A stretch of DNA of 64,000 nucleotides from Centroscyllium fabricii (taxonomy: Eukaryota), in the NCBI GenBank assembly GCA_051313645.2, contig JBNRSN020000016.1, positions 89,280,001 through 89,344,000 on the forward strand. The letters are read 5' to 3'. The notes beneath the pieces are model-generated. The model made no database searches, was not told the origin of the DNA, and was given only the letters and a program-made list of their open reading frames with translations. Of the stretch, positions 50,421 to 63,562 are shown piece after piece (position 1 is the first letter of the stretch; each line of letters starts with the position of its first letter). The translations under genes were made by a program, and so were the position numbers.

Positions 50421-53400
50421 TTGCCAATTGCGTTTATATGAAATGCATGTTAGTGCACATCGCTGCGACCAATTCGCTTTCCTTTCTATCGCTGCATTCC
50501 ACATGCATGGGCGATGGGGAGGTGAATGATTTGGCGTTTTTTTAAATATATATATATATATATATATAAATTGCAATTGACAAGCCTCAGTGCTGAGCTT
50601 ACTCGTTACTTTCCAGAAAGTGTAACTGGCTGCGAGAGTCGGCAGCATCGGGGACTCAATGGCTGCTCGCACTGCCAAGGCGAGACATGTGCATGCCTGC
50701 GGAAGGATGTGGCGTTTGTTTGTTATTTCACAACATGCCGCGAAACTCGGGACCGATCCAAGGGTTCGTCGCCAGATTCATAGACAGTCGAAACTGGCAC
50801 CAGCAACACATTCATTTTCGGGGAACTGTGCATGGGCTCGATTGGACTCTGATCCTTTTTGTTACGTGTTGGTGGTGTTGCTTCGGTTTGCTTTAAGTTA
50901 GAATAAACTGATTTGGTATTCCCCATTTTTTGCTGAACAAATATAACTTTAATATTCAAAGTCTCTCATACAGAATTTTTTTTAACTTTAATTTTGAAGT
51001 GGCGCTGACTCCTAGCCAAAGTTTGAAGTTAACACTTCTCGGAAGCGTGCTCCTGCCCCCCAGGTTCCGCCTGCACACCGCGGCCACGATGTCCTTCGCT
51101 TTCCGCATTGGCTACTCGCAGTCAGTGACGATCGCCACAAGCTGCGCCAGTTATTGGCACTCCGCACTGTCAGTCAGGGGTCGCTTAGGTAGTCGTTGGT
51201 TACTCGAGCTTTCAGTCGCGCAATCCCGCGATTACTATCAATTCTGTTATGTTTGCAGTGGAGACGGCGTCGCAATGGCTAAAACTTACTAGCTTAGGGA
51301 TCACCTTTTAACGAAACGTGCCTCCTACCTGTAATTATAAGGGGGGGGGGGGGGGTGTTGACGAACACGTTCTACTGCTGGAATATCTAACACAAATTGT
51401 GCGATCGCATGAACGAAATGATACATTCACACGAGCGAAGATGTGTAAGGCTGCAACAAAGTAAATTATTGATCAGTGCGAGACATCAATGGACCTTTTG
51501 GAATTTCTTACACAGTAATTTATACCCAATTAGTGCCTTGGATACGTTGGCGGTGGATTGTGCCTATGTCAAGTATCTATACTGTTCTAATAATGTTCAC
51601 ATAATACATACAGTTACCTATTTTAAAATCACAACCATACGATTTAAATATTTCCCTTTCAATTTGTTTTTCACCCAATTGTTTAAATTAAATACTGTAC
51701 TAGGAGTAATAAAATCGACTTTTCAACAGCCGCCTCCAAACCTTCGATGTTGTGTTTTCTGTTCCCCCCACCATGAGTATTTGATGAAATGAGCCAAATA
51801 AGACCCGATATTGCGAAATCATCGTTAACAGAGCAGCATCAACAGCATTCAATACTGAGAAAACTTTCAGAGGCTCTTGTCTTTTTTGTTGGTGTATCGC
51901 ATCCAACTCGTAAGGGACTGATAATTTTTTTTAAATTTCTAAATGCAACGTGCTAAGATGTGAGTTTTATTAATTAAACAAATTACTAAAATGTGTATAA
52001 CACGGAAACCTTGCATTATTAACAAGATTGAGAATCGAAACGAAACTATATGTTTCCAGTGTTATCGTTTAATTGATTACCGAAATAAATTGTTTGACTC
52101 TGGATAAATCTTGCTTGATAATATAAAGATGTTATAAATATTATGAAAGAAATGCCAGTAAAAGTAGCACGGAAAAGAACACGCGGCAAATGCTTTGCGA
52201 TTTTAAAGAAATTACAATTTTGAATAATTAATTACATTTCTTAACTTGTTTAAAATAACGTCATTTTTTAAACAAATCTTTCAGTCGTGGTTATTTCTTC
52301 CTTAATAAGACGATTTTTCTGTAACGTTTGTAGAGTTCATTTTACTGGAAAGACAAACGAAGCTATCATGTGGAGATGATTTTGAAGAATGAAGATAATA
52401 ATGTGGTTAGGTGCTTCTTGAGTTGCCATTATTTTTCACGGAATATTTAACTAGGCACTTGGTCAGTGATGAATACTCAGGAGTCCCTGCTTCCATTTTT
52501 AAACACATCATCCTCCAAGCCATGCGATAAAATATTTGTTTAATATTTCCATATGCGTTTTAAAATTAGATATGTTAATAAAGTCTTATATCAATATTTA
52601 TGTAACCTACTACAAACTAGTACTGTAGTTTGACTTGGTGGTAAACTGTACTGGGTCTAATATTTTAAGGCTCCGAGTTAGCAAAATCAATTTCGAGTTA
52701 ATTGATCTAAGTGTGTGGATGCGACTGTAAACAGGGTATGATATGCAGTCCACTCATGTGAAAGACGACCTAAATTAGATTCTTCTGGGCTAGATTATTA
52801 AACCTTGCAATCTAAATACAAGTGAGTTTCACAATACTCACTGGAATTTAAAACTTACACCAAAAAAACTACCCTAAATAAAAACATCTAATAAGCTATA
52901 GTTTGGAATCTAAAGCAGATAATTTGTTCTAAATGACTTATTTGTTGTAATAATAGTCTAGAAGGAAAACGGTTTTATTTTTGACTTCGAGTTTTGGTGA
53001 CTTTGGCAATCATAATGGTGAACACATGGACACATGTATTTCATATTTTAACACATAAGTAAACTGTACTAAAATAATAACTGCAAAAATTGTAGTTTGA
53101 TCGGTTCTTTAAGATGATAAGCAGGTTTAGAAGCAACCCGACTGGGTTAGAAGGATTTTTAAGAAATAATACAATCCTGTAGTTTTCCCTGGTAAAAACA
53201 CATGTAAGTTATTTAGTCAAGACAGATATTTTGTCTGCATTGTTGTGATGAAAAAAAACCTGGGACTGTTCTAAGTCTGATCGATGGCTATCTCTCCGAT
53301 TTCTGATGTTTAAGAACCAGGATGTCCAGTGTGGTCTGACGGGGGCACTACAACGTGGAATATCAGCCATCACCCCAAATACTGATTTATTTACTAATAA

Positions 53401-56400
53401 TCGATACAAGGAGGGGAACACAATTGAATCACCCTCGATTATTGCTGACATAGCATAATTGATCATTGTTCATGAACAGAGGTTCTCACCACATAATTGA
53501 ATCATCAGCAATATGGGTCAGCCAAGGGCGCCAACTTAATACAGCAGTAGCCAAAAAAATGATGCTGGTTTCTCAGAATGTCCAGAGGGTGCAAGGGGCG
53601 AATCTAGTGAAAACTGCTAACCTTGTAACCAGATGAGGTGAAACATTTTAACTCGATTTGTTTCTTAACACATTTGATGGCTTTTGTTTGACCTGTTTGT
53701 CAGCAACCCACTAGTGCTGTCCTTTTAACACTTATTGATAGACATACTTTAAGATGATTAACTACAGATTTACAGTTGACAACCCACCTGTGGAAGAGAT
53801 AAACGCATTCACCTTTGTGGAAGCGTTACGTTATATTTTAGATGACAGCTTGTCCGTATTTATAAATGCACATGTTAATTGAAAACGGACCACAAAACGC
53901 AAGCAGTCCACATTTCGTATTGTGTGTGGCCAGCGATCCAAATACAGCTGCCCTGCGTGCATTTTGAGCTTTTAATCTTTTGGCTATAAACAGCAAATAT
54001 GTTTCATTTTTTTTGCGTGTGTGGAAATGACAGCGAAAGCTTACACATGAAATAGTAATCAGGGGTCAAAGCATTTCAAACGTTTTATTTGTTGCAGTCT
54101 TGGGCACAAGATGTTTATCTACAGCCACCAGACACACATCCAGGACAGAGGACCTTAATTCTGTCTGAGACAGGCTGTTATTGTTATTGATAGTTAGCAT
54201 CAACGTCCAGGGTGAGAAATGGAGCCGCTGCAGGGAACTTCATGCAAGACATAGTATTGATCTACTGGTCCCTTACCTCCCTGAAGCTAGATGGAAAGAA
54301 CAGGAGAAACTTGCCATCTCACACGTTTTATTCAGTTTCTATACCAACTATTATCAGTTTGGGAGCATATTGACAATGACAGAAGGCGATCCATGGCTAT
54401 TCAGCACATCCGTAAGCCAGACTGAGGGAGAGGAAAAATCATATAGTGTATAAAGACAAATGGTACATTAAAGTGCAGCGGGATCGTCGACGAACACATT
54501 CTCTTGTCAATGAAGACCCACGTATAGGGAATAAAGAATTAATCAGATTACACATACCTAACGATCGATTGTCCAGCTAAATCTGCCACCAAAGTGTAAG
54601 CATTGTTTGATTGGCTTACCTAAACTTCAATCCAACCACACAAAAAAAGTGAATTTCAGAGTTGTCGATTTCATATTATCGACCTATCACTAACAACTTG
54701 CCCAAGTATGCACAGCGATTCTCTGCATTGTTATTTCCCTCCACAATTACTGCAGCTCAATTCCAAGGCCTTTCAGTTATTGGTTCAGCAATATAGTTTG
54801 TATATGTTTCTGAAACTATCTATCGGCTAATATAAGAATCTTCGTATTATGAAAGAAAATATTTGTTTTGTAGGGTGTAGGCCATTCCGATTTCTGTCTG
54901 AACACATTTATAACGGCTGTCTGCTCCTGTCAGTATAAATACTGGTTTTGGTTTAAGTGTTTTACCACATGGAGTCATTTAGAAAGTTACTTCTTAGAAT
55001 GTCATGATAAAATATGAAACCACAAAACGTTCATATCTAAACACATGCACTTTACCTTAACTATCCAAAAATAAGAGGGTAAAACATCATTATTTAAAAA
55101 TAGTAACAATTATATTAAGGCAGCATCAACATTTTGACTAGAACAACGCGCATTTTTTGTTTATTTTCTAACCTCGTTTTATACCAATGCAAACAAACTT
55201 TGTGAAACGTGACGCTGAGTAAATTTCGTTGCAAGTTGCAGCTAGTTACTTTAACAAAGCGCCAAAGACGACCTTCTTCGAGCGCTGAAATTCCAACACT
55301 TGCGATTTTCGTGACGTGCAGCTATTCCATACATCGTCTATATATAATTAAATCGGTTCTTTGAAATAAACACAATTGGGAACAATGAGCAGTAATATAT
55401 AACATAGTAAAGAAAAGTCCCTTAATTGCTTTTAGATTATATTAATTAAGTTAAAATTAATAAATGAAATTATGTGAGAAGATAAATTTCAAACTCAGAA
55501 GTTTGTAGAATCGTCAGCGCCTTAAAAAATCTGCCACTTTCACTCACTCTCCCTCATGCGTCACCCTATTTCCTACATTAGCATCATTGCCACTTATATA
55601 ACGGCGCGAAACAAGAGCCAAATGTAGAGATGTCATTTAAGATTTCCGGACCCAATTTCACTGTAACTATGTAATTAGAATAAATTCAGATCTAAAACTG
55701 AAATGTCTCGCAGTTATATTCCTACCACCTACTGTACATAAAAACAAATGCCCTGAGAGAAACACTATCCCTGGCATCTCCCTCTCAGATGTACCAGCGC
55801 CTCTGCACTGTAAAGTGCTAAAGAGGACTAGAGTACAAGATAGAGCCTATCCTGAGGATTTTAAAGATGTAAAATAAATATTAAATATGCAGGTAATGAT
55901 TATTGTCCACTGGCATGTCATCATCAGTGAGATACTAGCTGTAATTCTAAACCATACTAGCTGTGTTAATGGGTTAATTGTATCATTCATCTGAAAGCAC
56001 AAAGACCTTCCATAACTGAAAAACCACACATAAACACACAATCTGTTGATTTTGGACAAAGAGAAATTTGGATGCTGTGATGATTTCTGTGAGCCTTTAC
56101 AACACAAATGATTATTGTACTTCAAATCTCCAAATGCAAAGCATATCCTCCCCTAGGAAGATTTCATTCCATGCCAGAAGTTGTTCAAACCTCAACGACG
56201 TTTGGCTGAATTTAGCTGGAAACAGTGAATTGTAGAGTTTTGCAGTCTTCATTTTTTAACTGTCTGAAATACACGGTGAAGGTATAAGCAGATTTGTTCA
56301 AGTATTTGTATCATGTCCCCTTGCATAACTGCCGCACTATATCTTAGACATTTGTTTTATTTAAAAAAGTTTCTAGTTATTTTGCAGACTTTATTTTATA

Positions 56401-57594
56401 ATCATAATTTTGGTATTTTCTGAGCCAGTGGAGAAAATAAGGCAATCCTTTAACATATGTTTGTACATCCTTGTATCCATATGTGGAGCTTGAATTTAAT
56501 TCCAAATTTTGTCTGGCAAAAAAATGCTGCCCAAATTATTTTTTGTATATTTGGCAAAGGCATGACTCCATAAACGAGGCACCCTCATCCTCCTGCTACT
56601 TTTAGCAACACTTATGCTCAGGATCTTTGAAGAAACATGTTTTTTTTGGGGGGGTGGGGGGGGAATTTAGACTAATTAAATTGTCCCTGTCATTGGGACG
56701 GCTAGCAGTTAAGGATTAAATAATTTGAAACAAGAGTAGGTGTGAGCTAATGTTTAGAGATAAATGTGGAATGACAGAAAAGTGAGGAAAATCTATCATT
56801 TGCACTGAAATAATGCAAAGATCAGCCATAAATAATTTAGATGCTAAAGACAACAAAGGATGATTATTTTAACTGCAGGATTTTCTTTGCAGTTTTCTAG
56901 CATCTGTAAAAAATGAATTTTGCTTATTTCTTTGTGCTGAATATTGAAATGTGATATGAGATAAATACAGGAAACCAGACAACCTTGATTTAGTCATAAT
57001 ATTCCCACAGCACTTTGGAAAACAATAGCTATAGATAAATATTTTCTGGATTCAAAATTTTAATATTTCCAGTCCTGACTGCCTTACAGAATAATCTTGT
57101 GGACGCAGTGATGGAGAGGGAGTGAAATAGCATCATTTATTAATGATTTTTATTATTCCTACAACTTATGATAATACTATGTAGAAACCTTTCAAGCAAA
57201 CTTCTTTACAGTTACGTCTGCAACAATCACCCTGGAGCTCCAAAGCGCCATTCATTCTATGCACTCTGCAATTGAAAATTCGTTCCGAGGCTCTGCTGCA
57301 GCCTGTTGATACTGTTCTGAGTACCAAATTTAATTCCCACATCCAGTTTGAGGGAGTCCCACACTTATTTATGAGTTTGCATCTCAACCTTACCAGCCAC
57401 CCCACCCTCTTTCCTCCAGCTATGATCTTGCATCCCTCACTGACACCATGAAAAGATCTTTGAGGCTTTACTTCTCCCACTTGTTTAAGCCAGAAAAGGA
57501 AGTTGAACATATTAAAAATGTAGAGTAAAGCAACAAGATGCTGGAGTTGATGTTTGTTAAAAATCAGTTTAAAGACTATGTCAATGTGGGGGTC

Positions 57595-58290
57595 ATCCCT
57601 GGCAGCTCAGTGGAGTAAATGCAACACACCATGTGATATTGAGTCACACAACTGGGACAATTCCAGATTTAAACCCTGATCTATGTTAGGTTATCTTATC
57701 TTGGTCCAGGTAATGGTGGAGGCAGTACACTTTCCAGGCTAAGGATTAGGGGGGAAAAAGCTAGAGTTCTTCCTCATGATCACGGTGGCATACTGGTTAG
57801 CACTGTTGCCTCACAATGCCAGGGGCCCGGGTTCAAATCCAGCCTCGGGTGGCTATCTGTGTGGAGTTTGCACATTCTCCCCGTGTCTGCATGGGTTTCC
57901 TCCGGGTGCTCCAGTTTCCTCCCACAGTCCAAAGATGTGCGGGTTAGGTTGATTGGCCATGATAAATTGACCCTTAGTGTTAGGGCAATTAAATATGTGG
58001 GGTTACGGGGATAGGGTGGGATATGTGTCGGTGCAGGCTCGATGGACCGAAATGGCCTCGATCTGCACTGTAGGGATTTTATGATTCTATGATTCTTCTA
58101 TGATCACTGTTCAGTGACCTTATTTCAAAGTACATATGTGTGAATGTCAAGTGAGGGCAGGATTGGGTATGGTGGTAATTCTCCGCCCATGAGTAAAATA
58201 GTTCGCTGTCAACTGACTGTTGACGCTCATACATGACTATGTGGGCGAGGTATCAGAGGGTTGCTGGCACCTAATAAACTATAGGGGTGA
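57595..58290 (+). mobile_element. Old SINE-like repeat interrupted by a V-SINE; second copy at ~60380-60630 on the minus strand
   Basis: tRNA-like head GGCAGCTCAGTGG; degenerate similarity between 58150-58290 and rc of 60380-60500. Confidence 0.35.
57781..58100 (+). mobile_element. HE1-type V-SINE with short CR1/HER1-type tail
   Basis: A box, B box and V domain; tail GATGGACCGAAATGGCCTC..CTGTAGGGATT(CTATGATT)n. Confidence 0.9.
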
Positions 58291-58869
58291 TTCCATGATC
58301 TGGCACTCCCAACGGGGAGTGGTGTTTGCAGGGAGCACACTGCAGGAAATTGCATGCTGCAGGCCCTTTTTTCTCCATGATTCTCACCCTAGAGGTGCTA
58401 CCCCTCCACTGGGAGTGTTAGATCACTGAATTACCATATATTCCACTGAGTCATGACCTTTAAGAAAGGATAGTGTGTGTGGAAAGAAATTAGTGGATGC
58501 GGTGAGGGGGGTGGGGAGAGACGGACGGTAGAATACAGTTCGCAGTGGTATTTATGCTTACATTTACAGAGAAATATAGGTACAAATCACACAAAAAAGT
58601 GGTGATATTAAATATATGAATTCAAATCAGGACATTAAACAGTCCGAAAACTACTTATCAGAATTTAGGGCAAAACTGACAAAACTGTGACAGTCCCAAC
58701 CACACTAGGCATTCTAGTCACCTTATTCAAAGCTGAACAGAGCAGCTTTGTTTCACTCCTATTCATAATACTCAGCAGTTCGCAGGTTGTTTTCACTCCT
58801 TCAAGTCACCTCCAATTTTTCCTGTACTATTTCTAACGTGAAAATGTGGCATACACAATTTCCACCAAT

Positions 58870-60030
58870 TAAACATTGCGAAGACCGAAGCCATTGCCTT
58901 TGCTCCCGCCACAGACGCCGTTCCCTAGCCACCAATTCCATCCCCCTCCCCTAGCTATTATCTCAGACTGAACCAGGCTGTTTGCAGCCTTGGCGTCCTA
59001 TTTGACCCTGAAATTAGCCTCCACCCCCATACTCTCTCCATCTCCAAGACCACCTACTTCCACCTCCGTAATATCGCCCGTCCCCACTCCTGCCTCAGCC
59101 CATTGGCTGCTGAAACCCTCATTCATGCTTTTGTTACCTCCAGACTTGACTATTCTAATGCTCTCCTCCCATCTTCCACCCTTCATAAACTTAAGGGGCA
59201 GCACGGTGGCATAGTGGTTAGCACTGTTGCCTTACAGCACTGGAGATCCGGGTTCAAATCCAGCCTCGGGTACTATCTGTGTGGACTTTGCACATTCTCC
59301 CCGTGTCTGCGTGGGTTTCCTCCGGGTGCTCCGGTTTCCTCCCACAGTCCAAAGATGTGTGGGTTAGGTTGATTGGCCAGGATAAATTGACCCTTAGTGT
59401 TAGGGGGATTGAATATGTGGGGTTACGGGGATAGGGTGGGATATGTGTCGGTGCAGGCTCGATAGGGATCAAGGGATATGGGGACAAGGCAGGGACAGGG
59501 TACTGGGTTTGGATGATCAGCCATGATCTCATTGAATGGCGGAGCAGGCTCGAGGGGCCGAATGGCCTACTCCTGCTCCTATCTTCTATGTTTCTATGTT
59601 TCTAAGCTCATCCTAACTCGCACCAAGTTCCATTCACCCACCACCTCTGTGCTCTCTGACCTACATTGCCTCCTGGTCCACCAACGCCTCAAATTAAAAA
59701 TTCTCATCCTTCTGTTCAAATCCCTCCCTAGCTCCATAACCCTCAGAGAACTCTGCGTTTTACCTCTTTTGCATCCCTGACTTCCTTTGCCCCACCATTG
59801 CCAGGCATTCCTTCAGTTGTCTAGGCCATAAGCTCTGTAATTCCCTCCCTAAATCTCTCTGCTTCTCTTTCCTTCTTTAAGACACACCTTAAAACCTATC
59901 TCTTTGACCAAGCTTTTGGTCACTTGGCCTAATATCTCCTTCTACTGCTCTGTGTCAATGTTTGTGTACTGTGAAGCACCTTGGAACATTTTAATATGTT
60001 AAAGGCACTATATAAATGCAAGTTGTTGTT
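58870..60030 (+). mobile_element. L2 LINE 3' fragment, interrupted by a V-SINE
   Basis: AETLIHAFVTSRLDYSNALL, LKTYLFDQAFG homology; tail GTGAAGCACCTTGG..TATATAAATGCAAGTTGTTG. Confidence 0.8.
59195..59602 (+). mobile_element. Full-length HE1-type V-SINE with long CR1-derived tail
   Basis: GGGGCAGCACGGTGGCATAGTGG tRNA head, B box, V domain; tail matches 3255-3395. Confidence 0.92.
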
Positions 60031-61104
60031 AGCCAGGGAATCAATACCTTCAGGAGCGGAGAGAACAAAGAAAATTGACAAGATAATAATAACTTTGTAA
60101 AAGAATGTGTATTAGTTTTCAACAAAATGCTCTCTTCCTGTCAGCTGACCCCATTATAACCCTGCTCGAACATCATAATATTGTAACAACCCTCTTTCTA
60201 CAAAGTGATGTCAATCCATGTATCAAAACTGAATGATCATAATAATGACAATTAGTAGTGATAACAAATAATGGTGGTTGGAACAGATGATACATACTCT
60301 TTTTTTAAAAATGTTCATTAATTTGCCCTTCAATTTTCACCCTTGACTCCTCCTTTCATTAAACTCATTGGTACAGTTCTACATGGGTGGTACCCTCCAA
60401 TACCATGCCCAAGTAACCATTCTTTATGTGTGAGTCTGAACGGTCAGTGGGCTAATCAGCTCAAGGGCATCGTAGCTGAGCCCAGTCCTAACCTCACCCA
60501 CACATATGTACTTTCCAGCAGGGAAGACTGCACTGCAATCAGGAGCAAAAAAACCAGCAATTTTCCCTTCCCTAGCTTGGGGTCAACAGTAGTGCCTCTA
60601 TCATTACCCTGGCTGAGACTAACAACATAATATTCTAAAGGCAGAACTCAAATGAGAAAGCTTGGAAGTGGAAAAATAAGTCATAAATTTCTATATATTC
60701 TTAATAAAAAGAACACTTGGAATGTATTTGTGACTGTAACACACTCAACATTCATATTGGTTGAGTTTCGCTGTTATGTCATCTTTAATTAGTGTGTGAT
60801 AGTTTTGCAACATGCTCGCAGCCATCTGTAATACTCTCTACTATTTTAATTTTTTATTTATTTCTTAGTTGGTGGCAATTAAAGTTCATTTTCATAGTGA
60901 ATGTAGCTATACACTGCTATCCCCGATGCTTTAGTTGTGTGATACTTCATCATACAAACCAGGAAGCCCTTAATCCTGACACCTGGTCTGTGCTAAATTA
61001 AGTGATTTCAGCCAGGCCATCAATGACTCCACTGTAACAGCTGGAGAGTTCAGTCATATTGCAAATCAAAAGGTAGATTACATTTTAAATAATCTATTTT
61101 AAAT

Positions 61105-61203
61105 GTCTTGACAAAGGGATCGAACCCGAAACGTTGACTCTATATTTCTCTCCTCGGATGTTGCCTGACCTGCTGAGTTTTTCCAGCATTTTCTGTTGTT
61201 ATT
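61105..61203 (+). mobile_element. Penelope-derived repeat arm with decayed hammerhead core
   Basis: GTC-TTGACAA-A-GGGATCGAACCC-GAAACGTT-GAC followed by GATGTTGCCTGACCTGCTGAGTTTTTCCAGC. Confidence 0.7.
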
Positions 61204-61891
61204 TTAAGCATCTATATATGGAAAGGGTTTTGGAAGCCACTTTAACTTTGTTTATTGCAGGTTTGGATTATCTGGGTTAAGAGGGAATCCACATTCCTCA
61301 AGTATGGATGGAAATGCCACAGGGGGTTTGGTCTGTCTTTTGTTTGTGCAGATGACTGCAAGCAATCACCTCAGCCATTTTTTTTTGCTTATTCACTTAA
61401 ATCAGACCCATGACAAAGTGTTACAGTTCTGGAGGCTACAGATGCTTCCTACCATTCCTAGTGGCTGGGCTATTACAGTTGGCTTTGTTCTGTGTAAAAA
61501 CTGGCCAGGTTCCATTGTATCCTTTGTTTGATACATGACAAAGGCCTGTGAAACCTGTACTTAAGTAACCTGGCTCTCATGGCAAGGGGAGGGTCTTGCA
61601 CCATGGGATATCTTCAGGGGTAGGGATTGATTAATAACACCACGCTCAGGCAGGAGGATATAGTTTCTCCCAATTCAACCATGCTTCTGGTTCCAGTGAC
61701 GTAGAGGAAAACACCTGTAAGCTCCATGGGAGTGGACTAAACCTCACACATAAGTTTTGTGTTATGGATACTTGGCCAGATTTGGAGAGTTAGTTAAGTG
61801 TCAAGTCTTTCACTATATTTGTATTGGAGTTGAAAGTCCTTTGATTTTCTGCTACTGTTCAACTTTTACTTTAAATAAACTTGATTTTATA

Positions 61892-62704
61892 GGGCGCGAA
61901 ATTCGTGAGCGCACGGATTGGGCGCTAAATTTGGCGATGTGCTAAAATTTAGCGCCAACGCTAAATTAGCACCGAGGTGGCCGATATTGGCATTAGCGCC
62001 GCCATTGCAGAATTCAGCGCTAATTCACGTCTTGCACAGCTTCCAGGCGGCCAATATCTTGCCGCTAATGGCCGTTCCCGGGCGCAGCGCTCCCTCACTA
62101 ACTGCTTGCTTCCCCATGACCTCTGCAGCTGATTAGGCCTTAAAGGGGAAGCAGAGCAGCATCTTTCCCTCCCCGCTCTCTAATCATCTGCCGACCGCGG
62201 GCCATCGGCAGCCGCGGCCATCCTTCCCCCCTCCCCGCTCTCCGATCGGCAGCCGCGGCCATCCCTCCCCCTCCCCGCTCTCCGATCAACTGGCACATCG
62301 GTCCACCTCCCCCGTTCTTCGATCAACTGGCACATCTTGACGCCTCCCCCGCTCTCTCAGCAAGTGGCCGATCTCAGGCCGAAGAGGGAGGGTGGTCCTT
62401 TTAGCAGCGCTGCAGCGGCCACTCAAACCCGCTGCAGCGCTTGCAAAAGCTGGCGCTGATAGCATGGGGGGCGGTGGAAAGGCGCTAAGCCCAATATCGG
62501 GTGCAGCCCACCGGGTGGGCATTGCCCACGCATTGTCACGACGATTGGTGATCGGCAGGCGGTGCAGCGCTAACGTTTAGCGCCGGCGCTAACCACTAGG
62601 CCAATTTAGCGCCCGGCGTTAATTTGGGCACTACGTCAGCGCTGGCCCATTAGTGCTGATTTTCGGCGCTAATGGACCAGCGCTAAGGCGCCAATTTCGC
62701 AGCC
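61892..62704. mobile_element. Harbinger-type MITE with (TAGCGC)-rich subterminal repeats
   Basis: Imperfect TIR GGGCGCGAAATT / rc GGCTGCGAAATT; TSD ATA (61889-61891, 62705-62707). Confidence 0.8.
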
Positions 62705-62861
62705 ATAGTCTTAGGCCTAAGTTGCATGGTCTCATAGTGATCATTCTTCCATTATACAAACATTTGGAAAATATGAAACGGCTTGTGTTATTTTCCATTA
62801 TCTTTGACCCCTCAGCAATGCTACATTAATAAATTACCAGGTGCATATAAGGTCACCTTTT

Positions 62862-63020
62862 GAAAGAAAGGACTTGCATTTATATAGCACCTTTCAGATC
62901 CTCAGAATGTTTCAAAGTGCTTTACAACCAATCAATTACGTTTGAAATGCAGTCACTGTTGTTTTGTAAGCCAATGCAACAGCTAATCTATGTGCAGCAA
63001 GGTCCCACAAACAGAAACGA
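62862..63020 (-). mobile_element. Deu-domain SINE 3' fragment
   Basis: Homologous to 13935-14040; L2-type tail AAAGGTGCTATATAAATGCAAGTC on the minus strand. Confidence 0.6.
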
Positions 63021-63029
63021 GATTAGGAC

Positions 63030-63560
63030 CAGCACCCCTTCCCCTTCGCCCGGCACCTTCCCATGCAAGCGCAGGAGATGCAACACCTGCCCTTATACCT
63101 CCCCCTTCCCACTGTCCAGGGCCCCAAACACCCCTTCCAGGTGAAACAGCGATTTACTTGTACTTCTTGCAATCTAGTACAGGTATTCTGTATTCACTGT
63201 TCATGATGTGGTCTCCTCTACATTGGGGAAACCAAATGCAGATTGAGTGACTGCTTTGTGGAACACCTCTGTTCAGTCCGCAAGGGTGATCCTGAGCTTC
63301 CGGTCGCCTGTCACTTTAATTCTCCGCTTCACTCCCACTCTGATCTCTCTGTCCTTGGCCTATTACATTGTTCCACAGATGCTCAGCGGAAACTCGAGGA
63401 ACAACACCTCATCTTCCGATTAGGCACTTTACAGCCGCCCGGACTCAATATCGAGTTGAACAATTTCAGATCATAACCCTTTACATTTTTACCTTTTTTT
63501 TACATTATCCACACCTTTGCCTCGGCCCTCCCCTGCCCCTCCTCTCCTTTTTTTCTCTTT
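63030..63560 (+). mobile_element. Penelope-like element 3' fragment (Zn-finger linker plus GIY-YIG endonuclease)
   Basis: TFPCKRRRCNTCPY..FTCTS..LYIGETK..EHL..PVACHFN..RKLEEQHLIFRLGTLQPPGLN; frameshifted. Confidence 0.85.
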
Positions 63561-63562
63561 CA

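Noticed and set aside
59195-59270. tRNA gene
   Set aside because: tRNA-derived SINE head running into the V domain; no complete cloverleaf
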